This document shows, piece by piece, positions 16,459-25,034 of a stretch of DNA of 44,687 nt (position 1 is its first letter; each line of letters opens with the position of its first letter). The position numbers and the translations under genes were made by a program. The DNA is from a virus (taxonomy: Duplodnaviria > Caudoviricetes). The notes below the pieces were generated by a model. That model did not search any database. It had not been told where the DNA came from and saw nothing but the letters and a program-made list of their open reading frames with translations. The DNA lies in IMG/VR virus record IMGVR_UViG_3300013767_000205, positions 1-44,687 of that record. One strand, given 5' to 3'.

Positions 16459-17856
16459 TTGAATCCTTTGAACGTCGAGTACCGCAAGGTCGAGACGCTG
16501 ATCCCCTACGCCCGCAACCCGCGCACGCACACCGAGGCGCAGATCGCCAAGATCGCGGCCAGCATCGTCGAGTACGGCTGGACGAACCCGATCTTGGTCG
16601 ATGGCGGCAGCGGCATCATCGCGGGCCACGGGCGTCTAGCCGCCGCGCGCAAGCTCGGATTGACCGATGTGCCGGTGATCGAACTGGCACACCTGAGCAC
16701 GGCGCAGAAGCGCGCCTACGTCATCGCCGACAACCGGCTGGCGCTGGACGCGGGCTGGGACGAGGAAATGCTGGCGCTGGAACTGGCCGAGTTGTCCGAG
16801 GCCGGATACGAACTGGCGCTCACCGGCTTCGAGGACGCCGACCTGCAAGATCTGTTGGCCAGCACGGGGGAATCAGAGAGCGACGAGCATGACGACGAAT
16901 CATCGGACGACGCCGACGACGTGCCCGAAGCTCCGGCCACGCCGGTGTCCCGCGTGGGCGACGTCTGGGCCATCGGCGCGCATCGCCTAATCTGCGGCGA
17001 CGCCGCCGATGCCGAAGTGGTCGCCGCGTTGATGGCGGGCGAGCAAGCCGCGCTGTGCTTCACTTCGCCGCCCTACGGCAATCAGCGCGACTACACCACC
17101 GGTGGCATCGCCAATTGGGATGCGCTGATGCGCGGCGTGTTCGCGCAACTGCCGATGGCGGGCGACGGCCAGGTGCTGGTCAACCTCGGCCTGATCCACC
17201 GCGACAACGAGTTCGTCCCGTATTGGGAGGCGTGGCTCGGCTGGATGCGGACGAAGGGTTGGCGGCGCTTCGGCTGGTACGTCTGGGATCAGGGGCCGGG
17301 GATGCCCGGCGACTGGGCGGGCCGCTTCGCACCCAGCTTCGAGTTCGTGTTCCATTTCAATCGCGCCAGCCGCAAACCCAACAAGATCGTGCCCTGCAAG
17401 TTCGCCGGGCAGGAAACGCACCTGCGCGCCGATGGCTCGTCCACGGCGATGCGCGGCAAGGATGGCGAGGTCAACGGCTGGACACATGCGGGCCAGCCGA
17501 CGCAGGACATGCGCATCCCCGATTCGGTCATCCGGGTGATGCGCCACAAGGGCAAGATCGGCGAAGACATCGACCATCCCGCCGTGTTCCCGGTGGCGCT
17601 GCCGCAGTTCGTCATCGAGGCGTACAGCAACATCGGCGATCTGGTGTTCGAGCCGTTCGGCGGCAGCGGCAGTACGATGCTGGCCGCGCAGCTCACCGGG
17701 CGCGTCTGCCGCTCGGTCGAGATCGCGCCGGAGTATGTCGATGTCACCATCCGGCGCTTCCGGCAGATCCATCCCGAAGTCGCCGTCACGCTGCTGGCCA
17801 CGGGTCAGACCTTCGACGAGGTCGAGGGCGAGCGCATCGAGGAGGTTGCGGCATGA
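16459..17856 (+). CDS. ParB-N domain + N4/N6 DNA methyltransferase (SPPY type)
   Basis: ParB-like IPYARNPRTH..IIAGHGRLAAA..IADNRL. Catalytic TSPPY precedes HPAVFP and SAM-binding EPFGGSGST (beta-class order). TTG start. Confidence 0.92.
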   Translation: MNPLNVEYRKVETLIPYARNPRTHTEAQIAKIAASIVEYGWTNPILVDGGSGIIAGHGRLAAARKLGLTDVPVIELAHLSTAQKRAYVIADNRLALDAGWDEEMLALELAELSEAGYELALTGFEDADLQDLLASTGESESDEHDDESSDDADDVPEAPATPVSRVGDVWAIGAHRLICGDAADAEVVAALMAGEQAALCFTSPPYGNQRDYTTGGIANWDALMRGVFAQLPMAGDGQVLVNLGLIHRDNEFVPYWEAWLGWMRTKGWRRFGWYVWDQGPGMPGDWAGRFAPSFEFVFHFNRASRKPNKIVPCKFAGQETHLRADGSSTAMRGKDGEVNGWTHAGQPTQDMRIPDSVIRVMRHKGKIGEDIDHPAVFPVALPQFVIEAYSNIGDLVFEPFGGSGSTMLAAQLTGRVCRSVEIAPEYVDVTIRRFRQIHPEVAVTLLATGQTFDEVEGERIEEVAA

Positions 17857-19199
17857 CCAACTCGTGGCTCGCCGACAAGATTGAGCAGTGGCCGACCGCC
17901 AAGCTCGTGCCCTATGCCCGCAATGCGCGCACACACAGCGACGCGCAGGTGGCGCAGATCGCCGCCAGCATCGCCGAGTTTGGCTTCACCAACCCCATCC
18001 TCGCGGGCAGCGACGGCGTGATCGTCGCCGGTCATGGGCGGCTCGCCGCCGCGCAGAAACTCGGCCTCGAAATGGTGCCGGTGGTCGTGCTCGATCATCT
18101 GACGCCGACACAGCGCCGCGCGCTGGTGATCGCGGACAACCGCATCGCCGAGAACGCCGGGTGGGACGATGAACTGCTGCGCGTCGAGCTGGAAGCCTTA
18201 CAGGACGAAGGCTTCGACCTCGATCTGACCGGCTTCGACGCCGATGCGCTGGTTGAATTGCTGGCGGGCGATGAACCGGATGGCCAAGGCGAAACCGATG
18301 ACGATGCGGTGCCCGAGGTTAGCGAGACGCCGGTCTCGCGCCCGGGCGACGTCTGGCTACTCGGCGGCCATCGACTGCTGTGCGGCGACGCCACCGTGGC
18401 CACCAGCTACCGCACCTTGCTCGACGGCGAGCCGGTGGGCATGGTGTTCACCGATCCGCCCTACAACGTGAACTACGCCAACAGCGCCAAGGACAAGATG
18501 CGCGGCAAGGATCGCGCGATCCTGAACGACAACCTCGGCGATGGCTTCTACGACTTTCTGCTGGCGGCGCTGACGCCGACCATCGCGCATTGCCGGGGTG
18601 GCATCTACGTGGCGATGTCGTCCAGCGAACTGGATGTGTTGCAAGCCGCCTTTCGCGCTGCCGGTGGCAAGTGGTCGACGTTCATCATCTGGGCCAAGAA
18701 CACCTTCACTCTGGGCCGCGCCGACTACCAGCGGCAGTACGAGCCGATTTTGTATGGGTGGCCGGAGGGCGCACAACGCCACTGGTGCGGCGACCGCGAT
18801 CAGGGCGACGTGTGGAGCATCAAGAAGCCGCAGAAGAACGACCTGCACCCGACGATGAAGCCGGTGGAGCTGGTCGAGCGCGCGATCCGAAATTCGAGCC
18901 GCCCCGGCAACGTGGTGCTCGATCCCTTCGGCGGCTCCGGCACGACGCTGATCGCCGCCGAAAAATCGGGACGGCTGGCGCGGCTGATCGAGCTCGACCC
19001 GAAGTACGTCGATGTGATCGTGCGCCGCTGGCAGGACTGGACCGGAGAGCAAGCCACCCGCGAATCCGATGGGGTGGCGTTCGACGAGCTGTCAGGACTC
19101 GGGGAAACTCGGGTAGAGGTCGCCGCTGCTGATATCGGCAACGTAAGTGACGTTGCGGAATTCGTCGGCGTGGTCGGCAAGGATGACGCCGCCGACTGA
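17853..19199 (+). CDS. ParB-N domain + DNA methyltransferase (DPPY type, probably N6-adenine)
   Basis: LVPYARNARTH..VAGHGRL, TDPPY, HPTMKP and DPFGGSGTT. ATGA-coupled to the first MTase. Confidence 0.92.
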   Translation: MTNSWLADKIEQWPTAKLVPYARNARTHSDAQVAQIAASIAEFGFTNPILAGSDGVIVAGHGRLAAAQKLGLEMVPVVVLDHLTPTQRRALVIADNRIAENAGWDDELLRVELEALQDEGFDLDLTGFDADALVELLAGDEPDGQGETDDDAVPEVSETPVSRPGDVWLLGGHRLLCGDATVATSYRTLLDGEPVGMVFTDPPYNVNYANSAKDKMRGKDRAILNDNLGDGFYDFLLAALTPTIAHCRGGIYVAMSSSELDVLQAAFRAAGGKWSTFIIWAKNTFTLGRADYQRQYEPILYGWPEGAQRHWCGDRDQGDVWSIKKPQKNDLHPTMKPVELVERAIRNSSRPGNVVLDPFGGSGTTLIAAEKSGRLARLIELDPKYVDVIVRRWQDWTGEQATRESDGVAFDELSGLGETRVEVAAADIGNVSDVAEFVGVVGKDDAAD

Positions 19200-19298
19200 C
19201 TGGATCGCCACCCCGTACTTGCGGGTGAGCGCGGTCAATTCGGCGACGAACTCGTCGTAGTTGGCTTCGATGGTCAGGTTGGTGGTGACTGCGGCCAT
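19092..19298 (-). CDS. Small acidic hypothetical protein (68 aa)
   Basis: GAGGAAAG RBS, 10 bp after the upstream stop. Its 3' half overlaps the MTase 3' end on the opposite strand. Confidence 0.7.
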   Translation of the reverse strand: MAAVTTNLTIEANYDEFVAELTALTRKYGVAIQSVGGVILADHADEFRNVTYVADISSGDLYPSFPES

Positions 19299-19308
19299 GT
19301 CGCTTTCC

Positions 19309-19677
19309 TCAGGCGGCGAGTTCTTCTTCGACGATCTCGCAGTGAATCACGAAGCCCGTCAGGTAAGGCAGGCCGCGCGGGATGCCGTAGTCTTTGCTGG
19401 TCTGGCGTCCGATCTTCCAGCCCATCCACTGCTCGGTGGCGGCGTGGATCGCGTCCGCCAGAGCGCGACCGGCATGCATCTGGTTCAGGACATCGTCCGC
19501 GAAGTGGCGTCCGTGCCGGCTGTCGAGGAAGGCCCGGACTGAGTCGAGGGGCTGGTGCGTGGTATCCGAGATCGCGATCATCGCCGTCGGCCAGGCTGCG
19601 GCGGCGTTCTCGTTCATCGTGCCCCAAAAGCCCCAGGCATCATTCTGGGTGGCGGGGATTTGCTGCTTGCTGGTCAT
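19309..19677 (-). CDS. Hypothetical protein (122 aa)
   Basis: AGGAG RBS. WGFWGTM..VRAFLDSRHGRHFADDV..YGIPRGLPYLTGFV. Preceded by motif copy B. Confidence 0.8.
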   Translation of the reverse strand: MTSKQQIPATQNDAWGFWGTMNENAAAAWPTAMIAISDTTHQPLDSVRAFLDSRHGRHFADDVLNQMHAGRALADAIHAATEQWMGWKIGRQTSKDYGIPRGLPYLTGFVIHCEIVEEELAA

Positions 19678-19710
19678 CTTCGGCTCCTGCGGACTGATCG
19701 TTGCGACGCA

Positions 19711-19744
19711 CGTAGTAACGCGCTGTTCGATTGAGAAGCCAAGC
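19711..19744 (-). promoter_or_regulatory. Bipartite motif copy B
   Basis: Minus strand GCTTGGCTTC-TCAATC-GAACAGCGCGTTACT. Core ends 40 nt before ATG 19677. Confidence 0.8.
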
Positions 19745-19774
19745 GCCGCTTGGCCTCTTTCTCGATCTTTCTGA

Positions 19775-20293
19775 TCAGGCGATCCGGTACACCCGCTCGC
19801 CGCCCTGGTGCTTGTCCGAGGTGATGGTCAGGCCGAGCTTCTTCTTGAATGCCCCGGCGAAGGTGCCACGCACCGTGTGCGCCTGCCAGCCGGTAGCCTC
19901 GCAGATCTGGCGGATGGTCGCGCCCTCGGGCCGCTTGAGCATCCGGATGACCTCGGCCTGCTTGCTGTTCTCGCGGGTGCGCGGCGTGGTCTTGGCCTCC
20001 TGCTTCCACGTGGCTTCGGCGGCGGCGACGTCCTGCTCCAGTTGGGCGTCGAACTCGGGCGTCGGCTGCTGAACGCCGGGACGCGGCATGCCCAGCACGT
20101 CGTAACCCTCGGCGGCGATGCGCCAGCCCTCGCCGTCGGGCGTGATGAGGGCGCGGTTGAACATTCCTTCCAGCACCTTCTTGCGCGCGCCGCCTTTGAC
20201 GTTGTCGGGGAACCATTCGATCTTGCCGTCGCTGGAGTGGATAGCCTTGGCGAGGATGGCGTGCTGGGCTGGGGTCAGTTGGATGGTGCTCAT
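19775..20293 (-). CDS. DUF3489 family protein (172 aa, winged-HTH-like)
   Basis: RENSKQAEVIRMLKRPEGATIRQICEATGWQAHTVRGTFAGAFKKKLGL..RVYRIA. AAGGA RBS. Confidence 0.88.
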   Translation of the reverse strand: MSTIQLTPAQHAILAKAIHSSDGKIEWFPDNVKGGARKKVLEGMFNRALITPDGEGWRIAAEGYDVLGMPRPGVQQPTPEFDAQLEQDVAAAEATWKQEAKTTPRTRENSKQAEVIRMLKRPEGATIRQICEATGWQAHTVRGTFAGAFKKKLGLTITSDKHQGGERVYRIA

Positions 20294-20324
20294 GGTCAGT
20301 TCCTTTGCAGTGGTTGATTGGGAT

Positions 20325-20361
20325 CGTGATGAACGCGCTGTTCGCCGGTGAAGCCAAGCTC
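20325..20361 (-). promoter_or_regulatory. Bipartite motif copy C
   Basis: Minus strand GAGCTTGGCTTC-ACCGGC-GAACAGCGCGTTCATCACG. Core ends 39 nt before ATG 20293. Confidence 0.8.
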
Positions 20362-20369
20362 TTCCTGGT

Positions 20370-20636
20370 TCAGCGCCTGCGGAGCGACGAGATGCCCGCT
20401 TCGGCCAGTTCAAGGGCGGCGGCATGGAACGCGGTTTCCGCGATCCAGGGTGCGTCCCGAGCGTCATCCAGCAGTTGATTGACGACCGCCTTGGCTCGTC
20501 CGCGCATCGAAGCGCATGCGGCTTCGAGGTCGGCATTGCTGGCGGCGGCGACCTCGTTGCGGCAGGCGCGCACCAAGACCGTCATGGCGGCTTCGGCGAG
20601 CTTGACTGCAAGGGTGTCGGGGGCTGGGTTGTTCAT
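20370..20636 (-). CDS. Hypothetical alanine-rich protein (88 aa)
   Basis: AAAGGA RBS before ATG 20636. Preceded by motif copy D. Confidence 0.75.
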   Translation of the reverse strand: MNNPAPDTLAVKLAEAAMTVLVRACRNEVAAASNADLEAACASMRGRAKAVVNQLLDDARDAPWIAETAFHAAALELAEAGISSLRRR

Positions 20637-20668
20637 CGTTTGTCCTTTCGACTTGGTTGATGGCGTGA

Positions 20669-20705
20669 CGTGATGAACGCGCTGTTCCCGATGGAAGCCA
20701 AGCTC
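20669..20705 (-). promoter_or_regulatory. Bipartite motif copy D
   Basis: Minus strand GAGCTTGGCTTC-CATCGG-GAACAGCGCGTTCATCACG. Core ends 40 nt before ATG 20636. Confidence 0.8.
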
Positions 20706-20743
20706 TTTCTCGACGAAGGACGAAGACATGATTGAAGGTGCCG

Positions 20744-21289
20744 ATGGGAATCTCGATTCGCGCCTACGCGCGTCACCGTGGCGTCTCCGACGCAGCAGTG
20801 CGCAAGGCCATCGCCGCCGGGCGCATCACGCCGGAGGCGGACGGAACCCTTGATCCGCAACGCGCCGACGCCGAGTGGGCGCGCAACACCGAAGCGCCGC
20901 GCTCCGGCACGCGCGCCCGCGCTGTCAAGGCCGCCGTGCCGCCGGAAACCGCCACCACCGCGCCTGTGGGCGACGGTCAGGCCGCCTTGCCCACCGGCGG
21001 CACGTCGCTGCTGCAAGCGCGCACCGTCAACGAGGTGGTCAAGGCGCAGACGAACAAGGTGCGGCTGGCACAGCTTAAGGGCGAGTTGGTCGACCGCAAC
21101 CAGGCCATCGCCCACGTCTTCAAGTTGGCGCGCGCCGAGCGCGATGCCTGGCTCAACTGGCCCGCGCGCATCTCGGCGCAGATGGCGGCGCGGCTGGCGG
21201 TCGACCCGCACACGATGCACGTGGCCCTCGAAGCCGCCGTGCGTGAGCACCTGCAGGAACTGGGCGATCTGCGCCCGAGAGTGGATTGA
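20744..21289 (+). CDS. Terminase small subunit (Nu1-like)
   Basis: N-terminal HTH SIRAYARHRGVSDAAVRKAIAAGRI and KGELVDR motif. Immediately upstream of the GpA terminase. Confidence 0.8.
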   Translation: MGISIRAYARHRGVSDAAVRKAIAAGRITPEADGTLDPQRADAEWARNTEAPRSGTRARAVKAAVPPETATTAPVGDGQAALPTGGTSLLQARTVNEVVKAQTNKVRLAQLKGELVDRNQAIAHVFKLARAERDAWLNWPARISAQMAARLAVDPHTMHVALEAAVREHLQELGDLRPRVD

Positions 21290-21299
21290 TCGGGGACTG

Positions 21300-23267
21300 A
21301 TGGACGTCGATTACGAAGGCGCCGCCGAAATCGAACGCGCGTGGCGCGAGGGCTTGACGCCCGATCCACTGCTCACCGTGTCGGAGTGGTCGGATCGACA
21401 CCGGATGCTTTCCAGCAAGGCGTCCGCCGAGCCGGGCCGCTGGCGCACCAGCCGCACGCCGTACCTGAAGGCCATCATGGATTGCCTGTCGCCGACCTCG
21501 CCGGTCGAGCGCGTGGTGTTCATGAAGGCCGCCCAGCTCGGCGCGACCGAGATGGGGTCGAACTGGATCGGCTACGTGATCCACCATGCGCCGGGGCCGA
21601 TGATGGCGGTGTGGCCGACTGTGGAGATGGCCAAGCGCAACTCGAAGCAGCGCATCGATCCGCTGATCGAGGAATCGTCCGCGCTGGCCGAATTGATCGC
21701 TCCGGCGCGCTCGCGCGACTCGGGCAACACGATTCTGGCGAAGGAGTTTCGCGGCGGCGTGCTGGTGATGACGGGCGCGAACAGCGCCGTCGGCCTGCGC
21801 TCGATGCCGGTGCGGTATCTCTTCCTCGACGAGGTCGACGGCTATCCGCTGGACGTCGAGGGTGAAGGCGATGCGATCTCGCTCGCCGAGGCGCGCACGC
21901 GCACCTTCGCTCGCCGCAAGATCTTCATCGTCTCCACGCCCACGATCTCGGGGGCTTCGGCCATCGAGCGCGAGTACGAGGCCAGCGACCAGCGCCGCTA
22001 CTTCGTGCCGTGCCCGCATTGCTCGCACAGGCAGTGGCTGCGCTTCGAGCAGTTGCGCTGGGACAAGAACGCGCCGGAGACGGCGGCGTACATCTGCGAA
22101 TCCTGTGACACCGCGATTGCCGAGCACCACAAGACGTGGATGCTCGAACACGGCGAGTGGCGCGCGATGGCCGAAGGCACGGGCAAGACGACGGGCTTTC
22201 ACCTGTCGAGCCTGTATTCGCCGGTCGGCTGGCGCGCGTGGCGCGACATCGCCGCCGCGTGGGAGGCCGCCGTCAGCAAGGAATCCGGCTCGGCGGCAGC
22301 GATCAAGACCTTCAAGAACACCGAACTCGGCGAAACCTGGGTCGAGGAAGGCGAAGCGCCCGACTGGCAGCGACTGGTCGAGCGCCGCGAGGAGTACCGC
22401 ATCGGCAGCGTGCCGCTGGACGGCCTGCTGCTGGTCGGCGGCGCAGACGTGCAAAAGGATCGCATCGAAGCATCTATTTGGGCCTTCGGGCGCGGCAAGG
22501 AGGCGTGGCTGGTCGAACACCGCGTGCTGATGGGCGACACCGCGCGCGAGCAGGTGTGGAAGCGTCTGGCCGAGATGCTCGGCGAAACCTGGACGCATGC
22601 CACGGGCGCGGCGATGCCGCTGGCGCGTTTCGCGCTCGACACCGGCTTTGCGACGCAGGAAGCCTACGCCTTCGTGCGCGCCAGCCGCGACGCAAGGGTG
22701 ATGGCGGTCAAGGGCGTGTCACGCGGCGCGGCGCTGATTGGCACGCCGACGTCGGTCGATGTGACTCGCGACGGCAAGAAGCTGCGCCGGGGCATCAAGG
22801 TGTTCTCGGTCGCGGTCGGCATCGCCAAGCTGGAGCTTTACAACAACCTGCGCAAGGCGGCCAACGTCGGAGAGGACGGCGTCACCACGACGTTCCCCGT
22901 AGGCTTCGTCCACCTGCCCAAGATCGACGCGGAGTTCATCCAGCAACTCTGCGCCGAGCAACTGATCACCCGCCGCGACCGCAACGGCTTCCCCGTGCGC
23001 GAATGGCAAAAGATGCGCGAGCGCAACGAGGCGCTCGACTGCTACGTCTACGCCCGCGCCGCCGCGGCCGCGGCGGGACTGGATCGCTTCGAGGAACGCC
23101 ACTGGCGCGAACTGGAGCGGCAACTCGGCATGGAACGTCCACCGGACGATCAGGCACTGCTCGAATCGACACATTCCGACGAGGCCACCCACAGCGGTGG
23201 CCTTTCTGTTTCTGGCACCCGCAACGGCAGCCGGCGCGTGATCAAGAGCCGCTGGCTGACCCGATGA
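21300..23267 (+). CDS. Terminase large subunit, lambda GpA family
   Basis: VSEWSD, RTPYL, Walker A-like KAAQLGATE, LFLDEVDGYP, STPT, CPHC..CESC, ADVQKDR and RNEALDCYVYA. Confidence 0.95.
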   Translation: MDVDYEGAAEIERAWREGLTPDPLLTVSEWSDRHRMLSSKASAEPGRWRTSRTPYLKAIMDCLSPTSPVERVVFMKAAQLGATEMGSNWIGYVIHHAPGPMMAVWPTVEMAKRNSKQRIDPLIEESSALAELIAPARSRDSGNTILAKEFRGGVLVMTGANSAVGLRSMPVRYLFLDEVDGYPLDVEGEGDAISLAEARTRTFARRKIFIVSTPTISGASAIEREYEASDQRRYFVPCPHCSHRQWLRFEQLRWDKNAPETAAYICESCDTAIAEHHKTWMLEHGEWRAMAEGTGKTTGFHLSSLYSPVGWRAWRDIAAAWEAAVSKESGSAAAIKTFKNTELGETWVEEGEAPDWQRLVERREEYRIGSVPLDGLLLVGGADVQKDRIEASIWAFGRGKEAWLVEHRVLMGDTAREQVWKRLAEMLGETWTHATGAAMPLARFALDTGFATQEAYAFVRASRDARVMAVKGVSRGAALIGTPTSVDVTRDGKKLRRGIKVFSVAVGIAKLELYNNLRKAANVGEDGVTTTFPVGFVHLPKIDAEFIQQLCAEQLITRRDRNGFPVREWQKMRERNEALDCYVYARAAAAAAGLDRFEERHWRELERQLGMERPPDDQALLESTHSDEATHSGGLSVSGTRNGSRRVIKSRWLTR

Positions 23268-23277
23268 GAGAAGACCT

Positions 23278-23484
23278 TTGGCCTACACCACCACCCAACT
23301 CGATGCGCTCAAGCGCGCGCTGGCCACTGGCGAGCGCCGCGTGAGCTTCGGCGACAAGACGGTCGAGTACCGCTCGGTCGAGGAACTGCAGGTCGCCATT
23401 CGCACCGTCGAAGCGGAACTTGCGCGCAGCGTCGGTCGGAGCACAAAGCGTCAGATCCGCGTCACCACGGACAAGGGATTCTGA
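23278..23484 (+). CDS. gpW-like head-tail joining protein
   Basis: Small ORF between terminase and portal. LATGERRVSFGDKTVEYRSVEEL. Confidence 0.82.
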   Translation: MAYTTTQLDALKRALATGERRVSFGDKTVEYRSVEELQVAIRTVEAELARSVGRSTKRQIRVTTDKGF

Positions 23485-23485
23485 A

Positions 23486-25012
23486 ATGGCGTGGTTCTCC
23501 CAAACCGTTCGCCGCCTGTTCGGCCAATCGCCCGTCCATGAAGCCGCTGGCCGTGGCCGCCGCGCGTTGGCGTGGATGCCCGGCAATCCCGGCGCGGTCA
23601 CCGCGATGCTGGCGACCCACACCGACCTGCGCATCAAGAGCCGCGACCTCGTGCGCCGCAATGCATGGGCACAGGCGGCGCTCGACGCCTTCGTCGCCAA
23701 CGCCGTCGGCACCGGCATCAAGCCGCAGAGCTTGTCGGACGACGAACAGTTCAAGGCCGACGTGCAGGCGCTGTGGCGTGACTGGACGGAAGAGGCCGAC
23801 GCGGCGGGCCAGACCGATTTCTACGGCCTGCAAGCCTTGGCCTGCCGCTCGATGCTTGAAGGCGGCGAATGCCTGATCCGGCTGCGTCCGCGCCGTCCGG
23901 AAGATGGCTTGGCCGTGCCCTTACAGCTCCAGTTGCTGGAATCGGAGCACCTGCCGATCCATCTCAACACCGATCTGCCCTCCGGCAACGTGGTGCGCTC
24001 GGGCATCGAGTTCGATGCACTGGGCCGCCGCGTGGCCTACCACCTGTATCGCTCGCATCCGGAGGATGGTCGGCTCGCGCCGATGTCGGGCCAAGGCGGG
24101 ATGGAGACCGTGCGCGTGGACGCGCGTGAGGTGATTCACCTCTACCGCGTGTTGCGTCCCGGCCAGATTCGCGGCGAGCCGTGGCTGTCGCGCGCGCTGG
24201 TCAAGCTCAACGAGCTCGACCAGTACGACGATGCCGAGCTGGTGCGCAAGAAGACCGCCGCGATGTTTGCGGGCTTCGTTACGCGCCAGAATCCGGAGGA
24301 CAACCTGATGGGCGAAGGCCCGGCCAACGGCGACGGCATCGCGCTGGCCGGGCTGGAGCCGGGCACGCTGCAGATTCTGGAGCCGGGCGAGGATATCAAG
24401 TTCTCCGACCCTGCCGACGTCGGCGGCTCGTATTCCGAGTTCCTGCGCACGCAGTTCCGTGCGGTCGCCGCCGCCATCGGCATCACCTACGAGCAACTGA
24501 CCGGCGATCTGACCGGCGTGAACTACTCGTCCATCCGTGCCGGGCTGCTGGAGTTCCGGCGCCGCTGCGAGATGGTGCAGCACTCGGTGCTGGTGCATCA
24601 GATGTGCCGCCCGGTGTGGGCGGCGTGGATGAAGCAGGCCGTGCTCGCCGGTGCGCTCGATGCGCCGGGCTTCGCGCGCGGCGGCCCGGCGCGCCGCCGC
24701 CGGTACCTCGCTGTGAAGTGGATTCCGCAGGGCTGGCAGTGGGTCGATCCGGAGAAGGAATACAAGGCCATGCTGCTGGCGATCCGCGCGGGCCTGATGA
24801 GCCGCTCGGAAGCCATCTCGGCCAGCGGGTACGACGCCGAGGACATCGACCGCGAGATCGCCGCCGACAACAAGCGCGCCGACGACCTCGGCCTGATCTT
24901 CGATTCCGACCCTCGCTACACGTCGAAGGACGGCGCGAATGTGCGTGATGGGGTGGAACCCAACCGCAACACCATCGCTCCCGACGCCACCGGCGGCGAC
25001 TCCACAGCCTGA
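23486..25012 (+). CDS. Portal protein, lambda family
   Basis: SRDLVRRNAWA, GQIRGEPW, YDDAELV, LTGDLTGVNYSSIRAGLLE and WVDPEKE. Confidence 0.95.
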   Translation: MAWFSQTVRRLFGQSPVHEAAGRGRRALAWMPGNPGAVTAMLATHTDLRIKSRDLVRRNAWAQAALDAFVANAVGTGIKPQSLSDDEQFKADVQALWRDWTEEADAAGQTDFYGLQALACRSMLEGGECLIRLRPRRPEDGLAVPLQLQLLESEHLPIHLNTDLPSGNVVRSGIEFDALGRRVAYHLYRSHPEDGRLAPMSGQGGMETVRVDAREVIHLYRVLRPGQIRGEPWLSRALVKLNELDQYDDAELVRKKTAAMFAGFVTRQNPEDNLMGEGPANGDGIALAGLEPGTLQILEPGEDIKFSDPADVGGSYSEFLRTQFRAVAAAIGITYEQLTGDLTGVNYSSIRAGLLEFRRRCEMVQHSVLVHQMCRPVWAAWMKQAVLAGALDAPGFARGGPARRRRYLAVKWIPQGWQWVDPEKEYKAMLLAIRAGLMSRSEAISASGYDAEDIDREIAADNKRADDLGLIFDSDPRYTSKDGANVRDGVEPNRNTIAPDATGGDSTA

Positions 25013-25034
25013 CCGCTTTCCTCGAAGGATTCCC

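Noticed and set aside
19711-20705. Repeats considered as a CRISPR array or integron attC sites
   Set aside because: The copies are separated by whole genes of unequal length, have a variable internal spacer, lack attC-type long hairpins, and no cas1/cas2 or integron integrase is present.
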